This document shows positions 20,681 through 37,829 of a stretch of 64,000 bases of DNA, one piece after another. How positions within the stretch are numbered: the first letter of the stretch is position 1; every line of letters starts with the position of its first letter. A program made the position numbers and the translations under genes. The notes beneath the pieces are model-generated. The model ran no database searches, was not told the DNA's origin, and saw only the letters and a list, made by a program, of their open reading frames with translations. The DNA comes from the human T2T-CHM13v2.0 reference genome, Homo sapiens. The DNA lies in NCBI RefSeq assembly GCF_009914755.1, contig NC_060925.1; one strand, written 5' to 3'.

Positions 20681-21452
20681 TATGCTGGGCGCAGCGGCTC
20701 GTGCCTATAATCCCAGCACTTTGAGAGGCTGAGGCGGACGGATCACAAGGTCAGGAGTTCGAGACCAGCCTGACCAATTTGGAGAAACCCTGTCTCTACT
20801 AAAAATACAAAAATTACCCAGGCGTGGTGGTGCACACCTGTAATCCCAGCTACTCAAGAGGCTGAGGCAAGACAAAAGCTTGAACCCGGGAGGCGGAGGT
20901 TGTAGTGAGCCGAGATCGCACCACTGCACTCAAGCCTGGACGACAGAGCAAGGCTGCCTCAAAAAAAAAAAAAAAAAAAAAAAAAAATTATATAAGCCAC
21001 ATTTCCAAGGGCTAAAGAAGTTCTCATAGTCTTGTTATGGAAAAATCTTTAGTATATACTATTTAATAGAAAAAAGATACAGAGCAGTAGGTACAGTGTG
21101 CTACTATTTACATTTTAAAATGGGGAAAGAACATGTATGTAGGGGATGCATACTGGTTTGTAAGTGCAAATATGTTTCTGGAAGATACCAAAGATAGCAA
21201 TGTTGGAGTTACTCTTCTGGAAGTTTCTTTGTACCAACTTTGATTCCCAACAATTTATTCTTAATGTGATATGATTCTCCAAGCGAAGATGAACCTGAAA
21301 ACACATTTTTTTTTTTGGAGACAGGATCTCGCTCTGTCACCCAGACTACCCAGCTAAAATTAAGTCTTGTTTTTTAACTAAAATAGGCTGATGGAAGCCA
21401 CAGTAAACATATACAGAACAAAAATTTTCACTGAAAGTAAACTGATTAGATA

Positions 21453-21581
21453 ATTAACTTTTATATAGCAAAATATTACCCAGAAAAATGACACCTGAAC
21501 AAATCTAGAAATTGACAGTTGAAAATCATGTTATTAACCTAAAAATTCTCAACTTTTGAACCTCAAATATGAGTCTGACAT
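21453..21581 (+). repeat. About 115-130 bp diverged dispersed direct repeat, copy A (copy B at 24347-24461)
   Basis: Shared colinear blocks acccagaaaa, ctgaacaaatctagaaatt, agttga.aatca, attaacctaaaaattc, tctgacat. Confidence 0.8.
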
Positions 21582-22030
21582 TTTAAAATAAAAATTTCCA
21601 AGTAATAAAAGTATGAAATATGACATAACATACTATGCATTAACCATCCATGATATGTGATACATAAATCATCAAGCAGAATAACCTTTTCTTAAAGGAA
21701 ATAAAGAAGACGAATATACTGAAAATGTCTTCAGGTTTCCCTTTGTTTGCAAAACACCACCACAGTTAAGAACTCACTGGAACCAAAGTTTATGCAAAGA
21801 AACATTAGAACAGTAATCTAAATGTGGCATTCTATTTTTGAGTCTAATTCATTAGCCATCTTCACTACACTGAAACTACAAAATTCCCACAGGGATCACT
21901 GCAGTTTGATATACTTAACAATGTTTTTCTAGATTCAGGAGATTCTGAGGTTTTATTCCCTCTCTGGAGACTTTCCAAACTTCAATCCACTGTCAATTAT
22001 TCCTTAACAAGGTATTACAATTAAGAGTAG

Positions 22031-22201
<171 letters not shown>

Positions 22202-22315
22202 TGAGCCACCACACCCAGCTAATTTCTGTATTTTTAGTAGAGACAGAGTTTCACCATGTTGGCCAGCATAGTCTCGATCTCTTGACCTTGTGATCCACCC
22301 ACCTTGGCCTCCTAA

Positions 22316-22598
<283 letters not shown>

Positions 22599-22746
22599 TG
22601 ATCCACCCGCCTGGGTCTCCCAAAGTGCTGGGATTACAGGTGTGAGCCACTGTGCCCAGCCAAGATTGTTTCTTATTCTCTTATTTCCCTATGGTCAGTA
22701 AAGGAGAAAATACTATCCTTTATCACAATCCTTTATCACAATCTCA

Positions 22747-22992
<246 letters not shown>

Positions 22993-23659
22993 TTAGACTT
23001 TTTTTTTTTTTTTTTTTTTGAGATGGAGTCTCACTCTGTGACTCAGGCAGGGGTGCAGTAGTGTGATCTCGGCTCACTGCAACCTCCACCTCCTGGGTTC
23101 AAGAGCTTCTCTTGCTTCAGCCTCCTGAGTAGCTGGGGGTATAGGTGCTCACCACCACACCCAGCTAATTTTTGTATTTTTAGTAGAGATGGGGTTTCAC
23201 CATATTGTTCAGGCTGGTCTCAAATTCCTGACCTCAAGTGATCCACCCGCCTCGGCCTCCCAAAGTGCTGCGATTAGTCTTATGTTTAAAAAACAAAAAA
23301 ACACATATCAAGCTGGGCACAGTGGCTCACTGGCACGGTGGCTGACACCTTGTAATCCCAGCACTTTGGGGGGCTGAGATGGGAGGATCACTTGAGCCCA
23401 GGATTTCAAGACCAGCCTGGGCAACATAAGGAGCAACATTTCTACAAAATATAAAAATATTAGAAGTGTGGTGGCACACACCTGTAGCCGCGGCTTCTTG
23501 GGAGGCTGAGGCGGTAGGATTGCTTGAGCCCAGGAGGTCAAGGTCAAGGCTACAGTGAGCCTAATCACATCACTGCACTCCAACCTAGGCAATAGCAAGA
23601 TGCTGTCTCAAACAAACAAAACTATAGATATATAATAATAAATTATAAATATAATGAGT

Positions 23660-24865
23660 AACTCCTACACATTAGGATGGCTATAATTTTTTAAAAATAC
23701 AGAATAACTGTTACCGAGGATGTGGAAGAACCAGAATACTTGTGAGTTCCTGGTGGGAATGTAAAATTGTACAGCCCCTGTGGAAAACAGTATGGTAATT
23801 CTTTCAAAAAATTAAACATAGAATTATAATGCCCCAGCCAGGCACAGTGGCTCACATGTAAATCCTAGCACTTTGGGAGGCTGAGACAGACAGACTGTCC
23901 AGCCTGTCCAGGAGTTCAAGATCAGCCTGGGCAACATGGTGAAACCCCCATGTCTACTAAAAATACAAAAAATGAGCCAGGAGTGGTTGTGCATGCCTGT
24001 AGCCGGTCTACTCAAGAGGCTGAGATGGCAGAATCATCTGAGCCCAGGAGGTCAAGGCTGCAGTGAGCTGTGATTATGCCACTGCACTCCAGCCAGGGCA
24101 ACAGGAGTGAGATCCTGTATCAAAAAAAAAAAAAAAAAAGAATTACAATGTCCAGCCTGGGTGACACAGCGACACCCAATCTCTTACCAAAAAAATTGCA
24201 ATACGACCAAAAATTCCACTTCCACATATATACATACCCAAAAGATGTGAAAGCAGGGACTCAGATATTTCTACACACATGTTCAGCATTAGTCACAACT
24301 GTTAAAAGCTGGAAGCAATACCAGTGGCCATCCATAGATGGACTAGATTAACTTATCTAGTAAAATACTACCCAGAAAAGTAATAGCTGAACAAATCTAG
24401 AAATTAATAGTTGACAATCACATTAACCTAAAAATTCACAAACAGCTTCTGAATCTGACATATCCATAGAATGAACAAAATTTGGTATATACATACACTG
24501 GAATATTATTCAGCCTTAAAAACGAAAGCAACTCTGACATACTCCAAGATGGACAACCTTGAGGACATTATGCTAAGGGAAATAAGGCAGTTACCTAAGG
24601 ACAAATATTGTATGATTCTACTTATATGTGGTAATTACAGTAGTCAAATTCAAAGACAGAAAGTAGAATAGTGGTTTCGCTAGGGGCTGCAGGAGGGAGA
24701 ATGAAGAGTTAATAGAGTGTCAGCTGGAAAATGTCAAAAAAAGATCCAGAGCTGGTGGGTGGGCATGGTCGCACAAAAAGTGCATCTACCTAATGCCACA
24801 AAATTATACACTTACAAATGGTTAAAATGGAAAAAGTTCAGGTTATATGCAGCCTACCACAGTTT
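23660..24865 (+). mobile_element. L1MB-like 3' end, interrupted by an Alu and a roughly 115-bp local insertion
   Basis: ggtgggaatgtaaaattgtacagcccctgtggaaaacagtatgg; tacatacactggaatattattcagccttaaaa; aaccttgaggacattatgctaag. Confidence 0.82.
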
Positions 24866-24944
24866 ATATATACGGATATACATACATATACACACATTTA
24901 TTTTTTAAAACTATATAATTGTTATAAACTATAAATAAAACAGG

Positions 24945-26445
<1,501 letters not shown>

Positions 26446-27743
26446 TATATACATATATATCAATATAACTCGGAGATTAGCCTACATACTATACTAGCAT
26501 GGATTATGGACAGAAAACTTTATCCTTTGAGGTAGCCTGATGGCACTTTATCATCATCCTTTCCTCTTGTTTCTTACACTGCCTTCTATCGTTCTGTTTT
26601 CCTCTTCTTTTGTCTTCCTGCTATAGTACCAGCAACTACTACTTTCAGTATACTAGTTGTTTAAGTTCTTCTACCGGTAAGGACCACTAAAGAGGTTGCT
26701 TGACCACATTCAAAACACTGTATGTAACCTATTCAGTAATGGCCATTGGGAGTTTATAATTTTAAAAATATGAAAAAAATTATATATAATATTTCAGTAG
26801 ACAAAAGAACACTATTTTCAGTAGCTAACTCACTGAACAGAAAATAACCTACTCTCATTTCACAGTAAGTAAACCTAGTGTTTCCCAAATCTGCTGGAAT
26901 GTAAGAAATACCTGAGGCATATATTAAAATACTGAATTATCTCTGTTGGCAGACGACACAGTTTTATATGTAGAAAACCCTAAAACATCAACAAATTGTT
27001 CAAGCTAATAAATGAATTCAGCAAAGTTGCAGGATACAAAACCTACATGCCAAAATCAGTTGTGGCCAACACAGTGGCTTACACCTGTAATCCCATCACT
27101 TTGGGAGGCCAAGGAAGGAGAATCATTGAGGTCAGAAGTTCAAGACCAGCTTGGGCAAAACAGCAAGACCCCATCTCTACAAAAATAATTTTTTTTTATT
27201 AAAATAAACAAAAGGAGGCTAAGGCAGGAAGATTGCTTGAGTCCAGGAGTTTGGGGCTACAATGAGCAATGCCACTGCCCCTCCAGCATGGGCAGCAAGA
27301 CCCTGTCTCTAAAAAAAAATTAAAATTAATAATTAAAAAAACTAGTTGTATTTCTATATATTTACAATGAGCAATCTGAAAAGTAAATTTAAAACAATTC
27401 TGGTTGCAATAGCATCAAAAAATAAAATACACAGGAATAAATTTAAGGAGGTGAAAGGCTTGAACACCACAAATTTTATAAAATATTGCTGAAAGAAATT
27501 AAGGAAATCTTAAATAAACAAAAGACATCCCACATTCCTGGATTTCAAGACTTCATATTAAGATGACAACACTACCTAAAGTGATCTGTAGATTCAATGT
27601 AATTTCTATCAAAATCCCAACATTATTGTTTAAAGAAACAGAAAACCCCATCCTAAAATCCATATGGAATCTCAAGGAACCCCAAATAGCCAAAACAATT
27701 TTGAAAAATAACAAAGTTGGAGGACTCACACTTTCTGACTTCA

Positions 27744-27884
<141 letters not shown>

Positions 27885-28312
27885 TTAAAAACAAACAGGA
27901 AGGGCACGGTGGCTCACACCTGTAATCCCAGCATTATGGGAGGCCGAGGCAGGCAGATCATTTGAGCTCAGGAGTTTGAGACCAGCCTGGCCAACATGGT
28001 GAAACCCTGTCTCTACTAAAAGTACAAAAACTAGCCGGGCGTGGTAGCAGGCACCTGTAATCTCAGCTACTTGGGAGGGAGGCTGAGGCAGGAGGCAGGA
28101 GAATCACTTGAACCCAGGAGGCAGAGGCTGCGGTCTCAAGCCGAGATCATGCCACTGTACTCCAGCCTGGGCGACAGAGTAAGACTCCATCTAAAACAAA
28201 CAAACAAACAAACAAACAAACAACTTACTACAAAGCTACAGTAATGAAAACAGTGTGGTACTTGCAGAAAGACAGACATATGGACCAATGGAATGGAAAG
28301 GAAGAGTCCTAA

Positions 28313-28650
<338 letters not shown>

Positions 28651-29229
28651 CAATAATTTCTTTAACAAAGTTGCCAAAACCATTCAATGAAGAAAAGATA
28701 CTCTCTTCAAGAAACGATGCTGAGAAAACTGAATATCATGTAAAGGAATGAAGCTGGACCCTTACTTTAAACCATATACAAAACTTAAATACAAAACGGA
28801 TCACAGATCTAAACATAAGAGCTAAAACGATAAAACCCTCAGGAAAACATAGGGGGAAGACTTTCACAACATTGGATTTGGCAGTGATTTCTAGGCTATG
28901 ACACTAATAATACAGGTAATAAAGGAAAAAATAAACTGGACCTGGTTTTCATCAAAATTGAAAACTTTTTTTTGCATCAGAGGACACAAAAGGAAATTAA
29001 AAGACTATCCACAGAATGAGAGAAAATATTTTTAAAATCCTATATACAGATTATATAAAGAACCTGGACAATTCAACAACAAAACACAATTCAAAAGTAG
29101 TCAAATAATTTGAACAAACATTTCTTCAAAGAAGATACACAAATGGCCAATAAGCACATGAAAAATTGTTCAACATCATTAGTTGTTAAGAAAATGCAAA
29201 TCAAAAACCACAATGTGCTACAGCTTGAG

Positions 29230-29415
29230 AACGGGGGCGGTGGGGGGGCGGTGGGAGGAAGGAAAGAGAGAGAAGGGAAGGAAGAAAACAAAAGGAAGGG
29301 GAGGGAAGAGAGGGGGAGAGGCAGAGACAGGGAGCAGGAGAGGTAGAGGGGAGACGGGGAGAGGAAGGAAGAAAGAAAAGAAGGAAGGAATGGAGGGAGG
29401 GAGGGAGGGAAGAAA
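29230..29415 (+). repeat. G-rich and GA-rich low-complexity tract within L1
   Basis: gggggcggtgggggggcggtgggaggaaggaaagagag...ggagggagggagggagggaaga. Confidence 0.9.
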
Positions 29416-29636
29416 AATTAAGAAAACCTCATGAAGACTCAGAGAAATCAAAAACTCATGCATTGCTGATGGGATATGAAACAGTATAGCCACTGTAAAA
29501 GTGTACAGTTCCTGAAAGCGCTAAATAAATAATTACCGTATGACCCAGCAATTCTATTCCCAAGTAAATACCCAAAAATTCAAAGCAGGAACTTGAATAG
29601 ATAACTGTATGGCAACATTCACTGTAGCATTACTCA

Positions 29637-30044
<408 letters not shown>

Positions 30045-31034
30045 TCAGCCATGAAAAGGAATGAAGTTTTGGCACATGCTACAACATGGTTGCACCTTGA
30101 GGACATTCTGGTAAATGAAATAAGCCAGACACAAAATAACAAATATTGTATGATTACACCTATATGAGTTAGCTAGGATAGGCAAATTTATAGTTGCTAA
30201 AAGTACATTAGAATTTTTTGGGGGGTGAGATGGAATTTCGCTTTCATTGCCCAGGCTGGAGTGCAGTGGCGCAACCTGAGCTCACTGCAACCTCTGCCTC
30301 CTGGATTCAAGCGATTCTCCTGCCTCAGCCTCCCAAGGGCTGGGATTACAGGCACCTGCCATCATGGTTGGCTAATTTTTTGTATTTTTAGTAGAGACGG
30401 GGTTTCATCATGTTGGCCACGCTGCTCTCAAACTCCTGTCCTCAGGTGATCCACCTGCCTCAGCATGCCAAAGTGCTGGGATTACAGGCGTGAGCTACCA
30501 CGCCCGGCAAGTACATTCGATATTACCAGTCGCTGCAGACAGAAGAAATGGAAGACATTATTTAATGGTTATGGAGTTTTAATTTGGGATAATGAAAAAG
30601 GTTTAGAAGTAAATTATTTTGGCTGGGTACAGTGGCTCACACCTGTAATCCCAGTACTTTGGGAGGCTGAGGTGGCTGGATCACCTGAAGTCAGGAGTTC
30701 GAGACCAGCCTGGCCAACATGGTGAAACCTCATCTCTACTAAAAATACAAAAATTAGCTGGGTGCGGTGGTGGGCGCCTGTAATCCCAGCTACTCAGGGG
30801 GCTGAGGCAGGAGAATAGGAGAATCGCTTGAACCCAGGAGGCGGAGGTTGCGGTGAGCCGAGATCGCACCACTGCACTCCAGTCTGGGCGACAGAGTAAG
30901 ACTCCATCTCAAAAAAAAAAAAAAAAAAAAAAAAAGAAAGAAAGAAATGATTTCACATAAATTTTTAAAGCTAATAATGAAATACCCTAAAAATCACTGA
31001 ATTTAAATGGGCAAACTGTATGGTATATGAATCA

Positions 31035-31475
<441 letters not shown>

Positions 31476-31644
31476 CTATTAACTTACATCTTTGACAAGC
31501 CTTGGGGCTTATTTTAAGGCTCACAAAAACAAACTATCTGGAAATAACATAGATTAAAATCAAACTCCCGGAAATACATATATAGGATAAAAATTAATAG
31601 GGAAATGAAAATATTGTCAATAACCACATATTGTTAGGAATTCT

Positions 31645-31653
31645 ACTTACTCG
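31645..31653 (-). promoter_or_regulatory. 5' splice donor of the ASH1L exon
   Basis: Plus strand acttac|tcg = minus CGA|GTAAGT, a consensus donor where the ASH1L-like sequence ends. Confidence 0.93.
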
Positions 31654-32070
31654 TTTTGAAGGACAGTGTTCATTCTTTTCATCCGTCATCTTTCCACTTT
31701 TAAGTGCTTTCCTTGGGTGCTTAATAGTTGTTTTTATGGCAGGTCGACATACATAGTTCTCCAAGTTCTTTGGAGGTTTTTTAGTTCTCTTAGCCTGGAG
31801 GCCAATTTTCAATTTTAAATTTCCCTCTGAAAAGTTTGTTTCTTTCACTGAAAACTGTTGCTGTGCATCAGTCAAACCATCATCTTTCCCAGCTTCGATG
31901 TTTCTTTCTCGATTCCGTTTGCGAAGGTCCTCTTCCTCCTTTGTGTTTTTTTCTAGCTCTACTTCTCTCTTACTGACCAATGTGCCAGTACTGATGGCAG
32001 AAGGACTCTTTCTTGAAAAACCTTCGGAATCAGAACCCAATCCTAACATAGCAGTATTTCTAGGGTCCAT
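31651..32070 (-). CDS. ASH1L: ASH1L histone-lysine N-methyltransferase, coding part of the first coding exon (aa 1-140); the CDS continues in exons beyond the left edge of the window
   Basis: Translation [41 protein letters not shown]...[26 protein letters not shown]...EHCPSKR is recognised as the ASH1L N-terminus. ATG (plus-strand cat 32068-32070) is in strong context GTG-ATG-G. The 420 nt end at CGA|GTAAGT (phase 0). Confidence 0.96.
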
Positions 32071-32098
32071 CACAAGCGTATGTTATTGCCAAGGAATC

Positions 32099-32128
32099 TT
32101 ATGAAAATTTTACAGAACTGTGTTCCAT
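32099..32128 (-). other. uORF2, 9 aa (MEHSSVKFS*), overlapping uORF1 in another frame
   Basis: ATG GAA CAC AGT TCT GTA AAA TTT TCA TAA read directly; G at +4, T at -3. Translation is not demonstrated. Confidence 0.5.
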
Positions 32129-32163
32129 AAAAAACAAGGATCTCCAAAACTCGAAACCAGCAT
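32110..32163 (-). other. uORF1, 17 aa (MLVSSFGDPCFLWNTVL*), in frame with the ASH1L ATG but terminating before it
   Basis: AAG-ATG-CTG...CTG-TAA read directly; A at -3. Translation is not demonstrated. Confidence 0.6.
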
Positions 32164-32169
32164 CTTTCT

Positions 32170-32200
32170 CTGTAGAACAGATCATAACAAAAATTTATCA
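32170..32200 (-). promoter_or_regulatory. 3' splice acceptor and U-rich tract of the ASH1L exon
   Basis: Minus strand ...aaatttttgttatgatctgttctacag|; CAG at 32172-32170. Confidence 0.8.
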
Positions 32201-33135
32201 GAAAAGAGGCAACTACTGATTAACATAAGTAATGGGTATAGGGGAAGACAAGGAGGTCAACAACTACCCAAAAAAAAATCACAGTTAGATCGAAATGTTA
32301 ATTCAAAATAGATGTAAATCCATTTAGTTATAAATACATTTAAAATTCAGAATAAGTTTATCATTCTACAGATATCATAAACAAGCCATAGTGGTATGGT
32401 GCAAATGCAAATTTAAGAATCACCAAGAAGCTTCTGAAACTTACAGTCAAGCAAACATTGCCTAAAATCAAAATAACTTTCATATATTTTCGCACTCATC
32501 AGTTTTAAAAGAATATATTCCCCACTCTTCTGCTGAAGTACACTTTTATTTCCTACAGTTTTATTGAAGGTAAAAAATCATCTTTTTTTGATACTCCATT
32601 GACTATGTGATTATTACACATTGTATGCCTGCATCAACATATCACGTTCACCCCATAAATATTTAAACACGCTATGTACCTATAAAAATTCTTTTTAAAT
32701 TATCTCTTAGGCTGGTTTCAGTATTCCAAACTTTTAGAAGAGATTATCAGGCTTTTTGAGGTTAGGACTCTCTGATGCAGGAACTTATGCAGATATTATC
32801 TTTGTTGTTAGGATACAATTCAACTCTGAATCATTCACTTGTCCATTCAAAAAATATTTCCAAACATCTATCATATGCCAGGCATCATGCTACACTCTGA
32901 AAATACAGTATTCAACAAAATGAACCCAGTTCCTAAATTTTAAGGTTTATACTCTAGTGAGAAGGGCAAACATTAAGCAAATATTTATACAAATAATCAC
33001 TGTTGTTATAAGAACCTTAAAAATCAGCAATTTATTTTTACAAGTTTTCCTAATAGCAAATAGTAGGCATGTGTCAATTCCCCAAATACACAAAATGTTT
33101 TAAAACTAGCGTGCTAATTTATTATTTTACAATAG

Positions 33136-33599
<464 letters not shown>

Positions 33600-34861
33600 T
33601 GACAGACTAGTCTTCATGTCAAACATATGTCTGAGTCAAGATCTAGAACTAGTATCTGGAAAACGGAGAACATCTTATCCCTTAGAAAGTTCCATTTATG
33701 AAGTAGAATATTTTAAACGATGTGCCCTGAGACTTTTCATTACAACAAGAGAGTAAGATTCCTGGCCAGGCATGGTGGCTCACACCTATAATCCCAGCAC
33801 TTTCAGGGACTGAGGTGGGTGGACTCTTTGAGCCCAGGAGTTTGAGACCAGACTGGGCAACATGGCAAAATCCTGTCTCTAAAAAAGTACAAAAATTAGC
33901 AGGGTGTGATGGCACACACCTGTAGTCCCAGCTCTCAGGAGACTGAGGTGGGAGATCACTTGAACCTTGAAGGTCGAGGCTGCAGTGAGCTGTGATCAAG
34001 CCACTGCACTCCAACCTGGGCAACAGGGCAAGACCCTGTCTCAAGGGAAAAAATAGTTGTCTTATGACTTCTACAAGGAATGTAAGTAAAATACCTCGCC
34101 CAATGACTGGCACATAGCGAGGGCTCAATAAAAGGTACTGGCCGGGTATGGTGTCTCATGCCTGTACTCTCAGCACCTTGCGGGGGCCAAGGCAGGTGCA
34201 TCACTTGAGGTCACCAGTTCGAGTCTAGCCTGGTCAACATGTCGAAACCCGTCTCTACTAAAAGTACAAAAATCAGCTGAGTGTGGTGGCAGGTGCCTGT
34301 AATTCCAACTACTCAGGAGGCTGAGGCATGAGAATCACTTGAACCTGGCAGGCGGAGGTTGCAGTGAGCCAAGATCATGCTATTGCACTCCAGGCCAGGT
34401 GACAGAGCAAGAAAAAAAAAGGTGCCAATAATTTAGTAGTAGTAGGAGCAGCAGCAGTGTTTATAAGTACTCAACAAATTTTGGCCGATTGGGTAACTCC
34501 TTAGCTTGTTATTGCTCCATTCAATCATATAAACAGCTGGAAAACTAATCTTCCAATCATTTCACTCTGATGATTCTTGTCTACCATTTCATGTATTAAC
34601 ATTTCACAATGGCATTCAAGGCTTTTAATAACCTCACTCTCCTCTAACTATTCAAACTTATCTTTACTTCCCAACACACACCCACTATCATTTAGTCAAT
34701 TCAGTTTTCTTTACTGTCCCTAACAAATCATGTTCATTTCTGCTTATGTGTCATATAAACATACACACTCTCCCTTTAAACATACAAAGTAGGCTGAGCA
34801 TGGTGGCTCATGCCTATAATCCCAGCACTTTGGGAGGCTGACGGGGCGGATCAGGAGGTCA

Positions 34862-35179
<318 letters not shown>

Positions 35180-35869
35180 TCAAAGCCAGTATGGACAACA
35201 CAGTGAGACCTCATCTCTACAAAAATAAAAAATAAAAAATTAGCCAGGTGTGTGGTGTCATGTGCCTATAATCCCAGCCACTCAAGAGGCCGAGGTGGGA
35301 AGATGGTTTGAGCCCAGGAAGTTGAGGTTACACTGAGCCGTGATTGTACCACTACACTCTAGCTTGGGCAACAGAACAAGACCCTGTCTCAAAAAAACAA
35401 ATACATAATTAGGGAAGGGAGAAAAAATAAATAATAAAATGCTGTGTATAAAAAGTAATTAAAATAACCCAAATGTTTTTTTAAAAATAAATAATAATTT
35501 TAAAAGTTCAAATCCTGCCTGGGCACGGTGGCTCACGCCTGTATTACTGGCACTTTGGAAGGCTAAGGCAGGAAGATCACTTGAGCTTAAGAGTTTGAGA
35601 CCAGTCTAGCAAACACAGCAAGACCCTCTCTCTACAAAAAATAAAAAATTAGCCCAGCATGGTGGTGCACACCTATAGTCCCAGCTACTCGGGAGGATGA
35701 GGCAAGAAGATGGCTGGAGCCTAGGAAATCGAGGCTGCAGTGAGCCATGTTCATGCCACTGGACTCCAGCCCGGGCAACAGAGCGAGACCCTATCTCAAA
35801 AAGTAAATTAAAAAAATAAACTCTAAAACAAAAAATAAAAAGTACAAAGTCCTATCTTCTCCATGATGG

Positions 35870-36212
35870 GCTCACAATCCTGAAGTCCAAAAAACTCTGA
35901 AATCCAAGTTTTTTCAAAACCTAGTGATAAAACTTGACACGGACCCATTTTAGTCTTAATTACCCTAATTTCCATGAATAATGATAAATTACAATGCAGA
36001 AGTATTAATGGGCTTGATTAAGTTAGTAAAGGATGCTACTACTCCCAAACACCACTGTGCCAGTTCACCCAATCTACATTTCTAAAAGCCAAAAAAAAAA
36101 AAAGAAGAAGAAGAAAAATAAGAAAAAAGAAAAACGTGTAACACTTGCAGGGAATTTTTTTAAAAAGAAAAAAACTTACGGCACCAACATTTGGGTAATG
36201 GATTCTAGACCT
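35870..36212 (+). mobile_element. Old Tigger-type non-autonomous element (MER46C-like)
   Basis: ccaaaaaactctgaaatccaagttttttc, tgcagaagtattaatg..ttgatta and terminal gggtaatggattctagacct resemble the remembered consensus; heavily diverged. Confidence 0.45.
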
Positions 36213-36369
36213 ATGTTCTCAGACCTATATTTAAGCTTGCACTGACCTGATCCATCCCTGAATATTTATGATCCATATAAGATCACAATTAGGGCAATTA
36301 ACTTTTTTCTTGTTCTGTATTTGTCAGCTATACCCCTCAACAGATTAAGTCCTCCCACCTCCCATCCCA

Positions 36370-36652
36370 CCCCCTCAGATACCAAAATCTGACGATGCTC
36401 AAGTCACTTATATAAAATGGTATGGTATTTGCATACAGCCTATACACATGCTCCTGTATACTTGAAATCATCTCTGGATTACTTATAATACCTAACATAA
36501 TGTAAATGATATATAAATAGTTATTAAACTGTACTTTAAAATTTTGTATAATTTTTTATTATTGTATTGTTATTTTTAATTTTTTCTAATATTTTTCATC
36601 CGCAGTTGGTTGAATCCACAGGTGCGGAATCACAGATAGGGAAGGCCAACTG
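36370..36652 (+). mobile_element. MER2-family Tigger element (5'-truncated)
   Basis: gataccaaaatc..gatgctcaagtc..tataaaatgg..gtatttgcata; end gttggttgaatccacaggtgcggaa..ggccaactg followed by TA. Confidence 0.78.
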
Positions 36653-37593
36653 TATAATTAAAATATAAGCTTCATGAGGATAGGAACCTCTTCTGGCTTG
36701 CTCACCACTGTAACCCCAGCAGCTGAAACAATGAATAGCACAAATTTTAGTACCCAATAAATAGCTGAATAAATGAATGAGTGAATTTTAAGGTTCCTGT
36801 AACTTCTAATACAATGATTGGCATGTAGCAAATGTCTTTTTTCCTGTTTTACATAACTTTATCTTGTGTTACAATGAGAAAACTATACACAAGTTTTTTC
36901 TTAATATGTTTATATTTCACATAGGTGGTTTTCTGTAAATTTACTAAAATATCCTAATTTCAGCACTAACATACTTCCAAATCATATTTTATACATCTTC
37001 TGTCTCTGTACCATCACAGCTAGTCTAAGAAAAACAATAACACTCAATGATCTCATTTTATATTCCTGACCACTAACTCCGAGTAAGCCCTTGGTGCTGC
37101 CAATACACTTCCCTAATCTATTCCCTCTACCACTCTCCTAAAAAACTATTTCATCCCATCTCCCCTTTCTTCATTGTCCCTAATTTTGCTTCCTATCTGA
37201 TCACAGCAGTAGTCAGATAGGAAGCAGTAACAAACAGAAAAGTGCCACAAGTGCCCACCATATATCTACCTACCTTCCTACCTGTGTCTGTTCCTATAGT
37301 CTGACTGCCTTCCTATCACAATATATAAACGATCTCTCCTTTCAACCTCTTCATTTAGGCAACTATCTCCTTTCTCTCTCACATCATCCATTTCTCATAT
37401 TTCCTCTGAATAATGCCAATAAGCCTGAAAACAAAAACATACTATAATATCTCTCATGGAAGAAAATTCCTCTTAGCCGAGCAAGATGGCTCACGCCTGT
37501 AATCCCAGCAGTTGGGAGGCCAAGGCGGGCAGACCTCACTTGAGGTCAGATACTCAAGACCAGCTTGGCCAACGTGGTGAAACCCCATCTCTA

Positions 37594-37829
<236 letters not shown>

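Larger units (their letters stand above)
32071..32169 (-). other. ASH1L: 5'UTR portion (99 nt) of the ASH1L first coding exon
   Basis: Minus-strand acceptor ttttgttatgatctgttctaCAG|AGAAAGATG, with AG at 32171-32170. This gives a 519-nt exon, 32169..31651. Confidence 0.85.

Noticed and set aside
31594-31650. ORF-track extension [18 protein letters not shown] after ...PSKR
   Set aside because: It is read-through past a consensus GTAAGT donor into the intron. I saw no nearby minus-strand poly(A) signal supporting a terminal-exon isoform.
32071-32073. Extra N-terminal Met in the ORF track (MMDPRN)
   Set aside because: The codon is GTG, called as a start by the ORF finder. The real ATG is 32070-32068.
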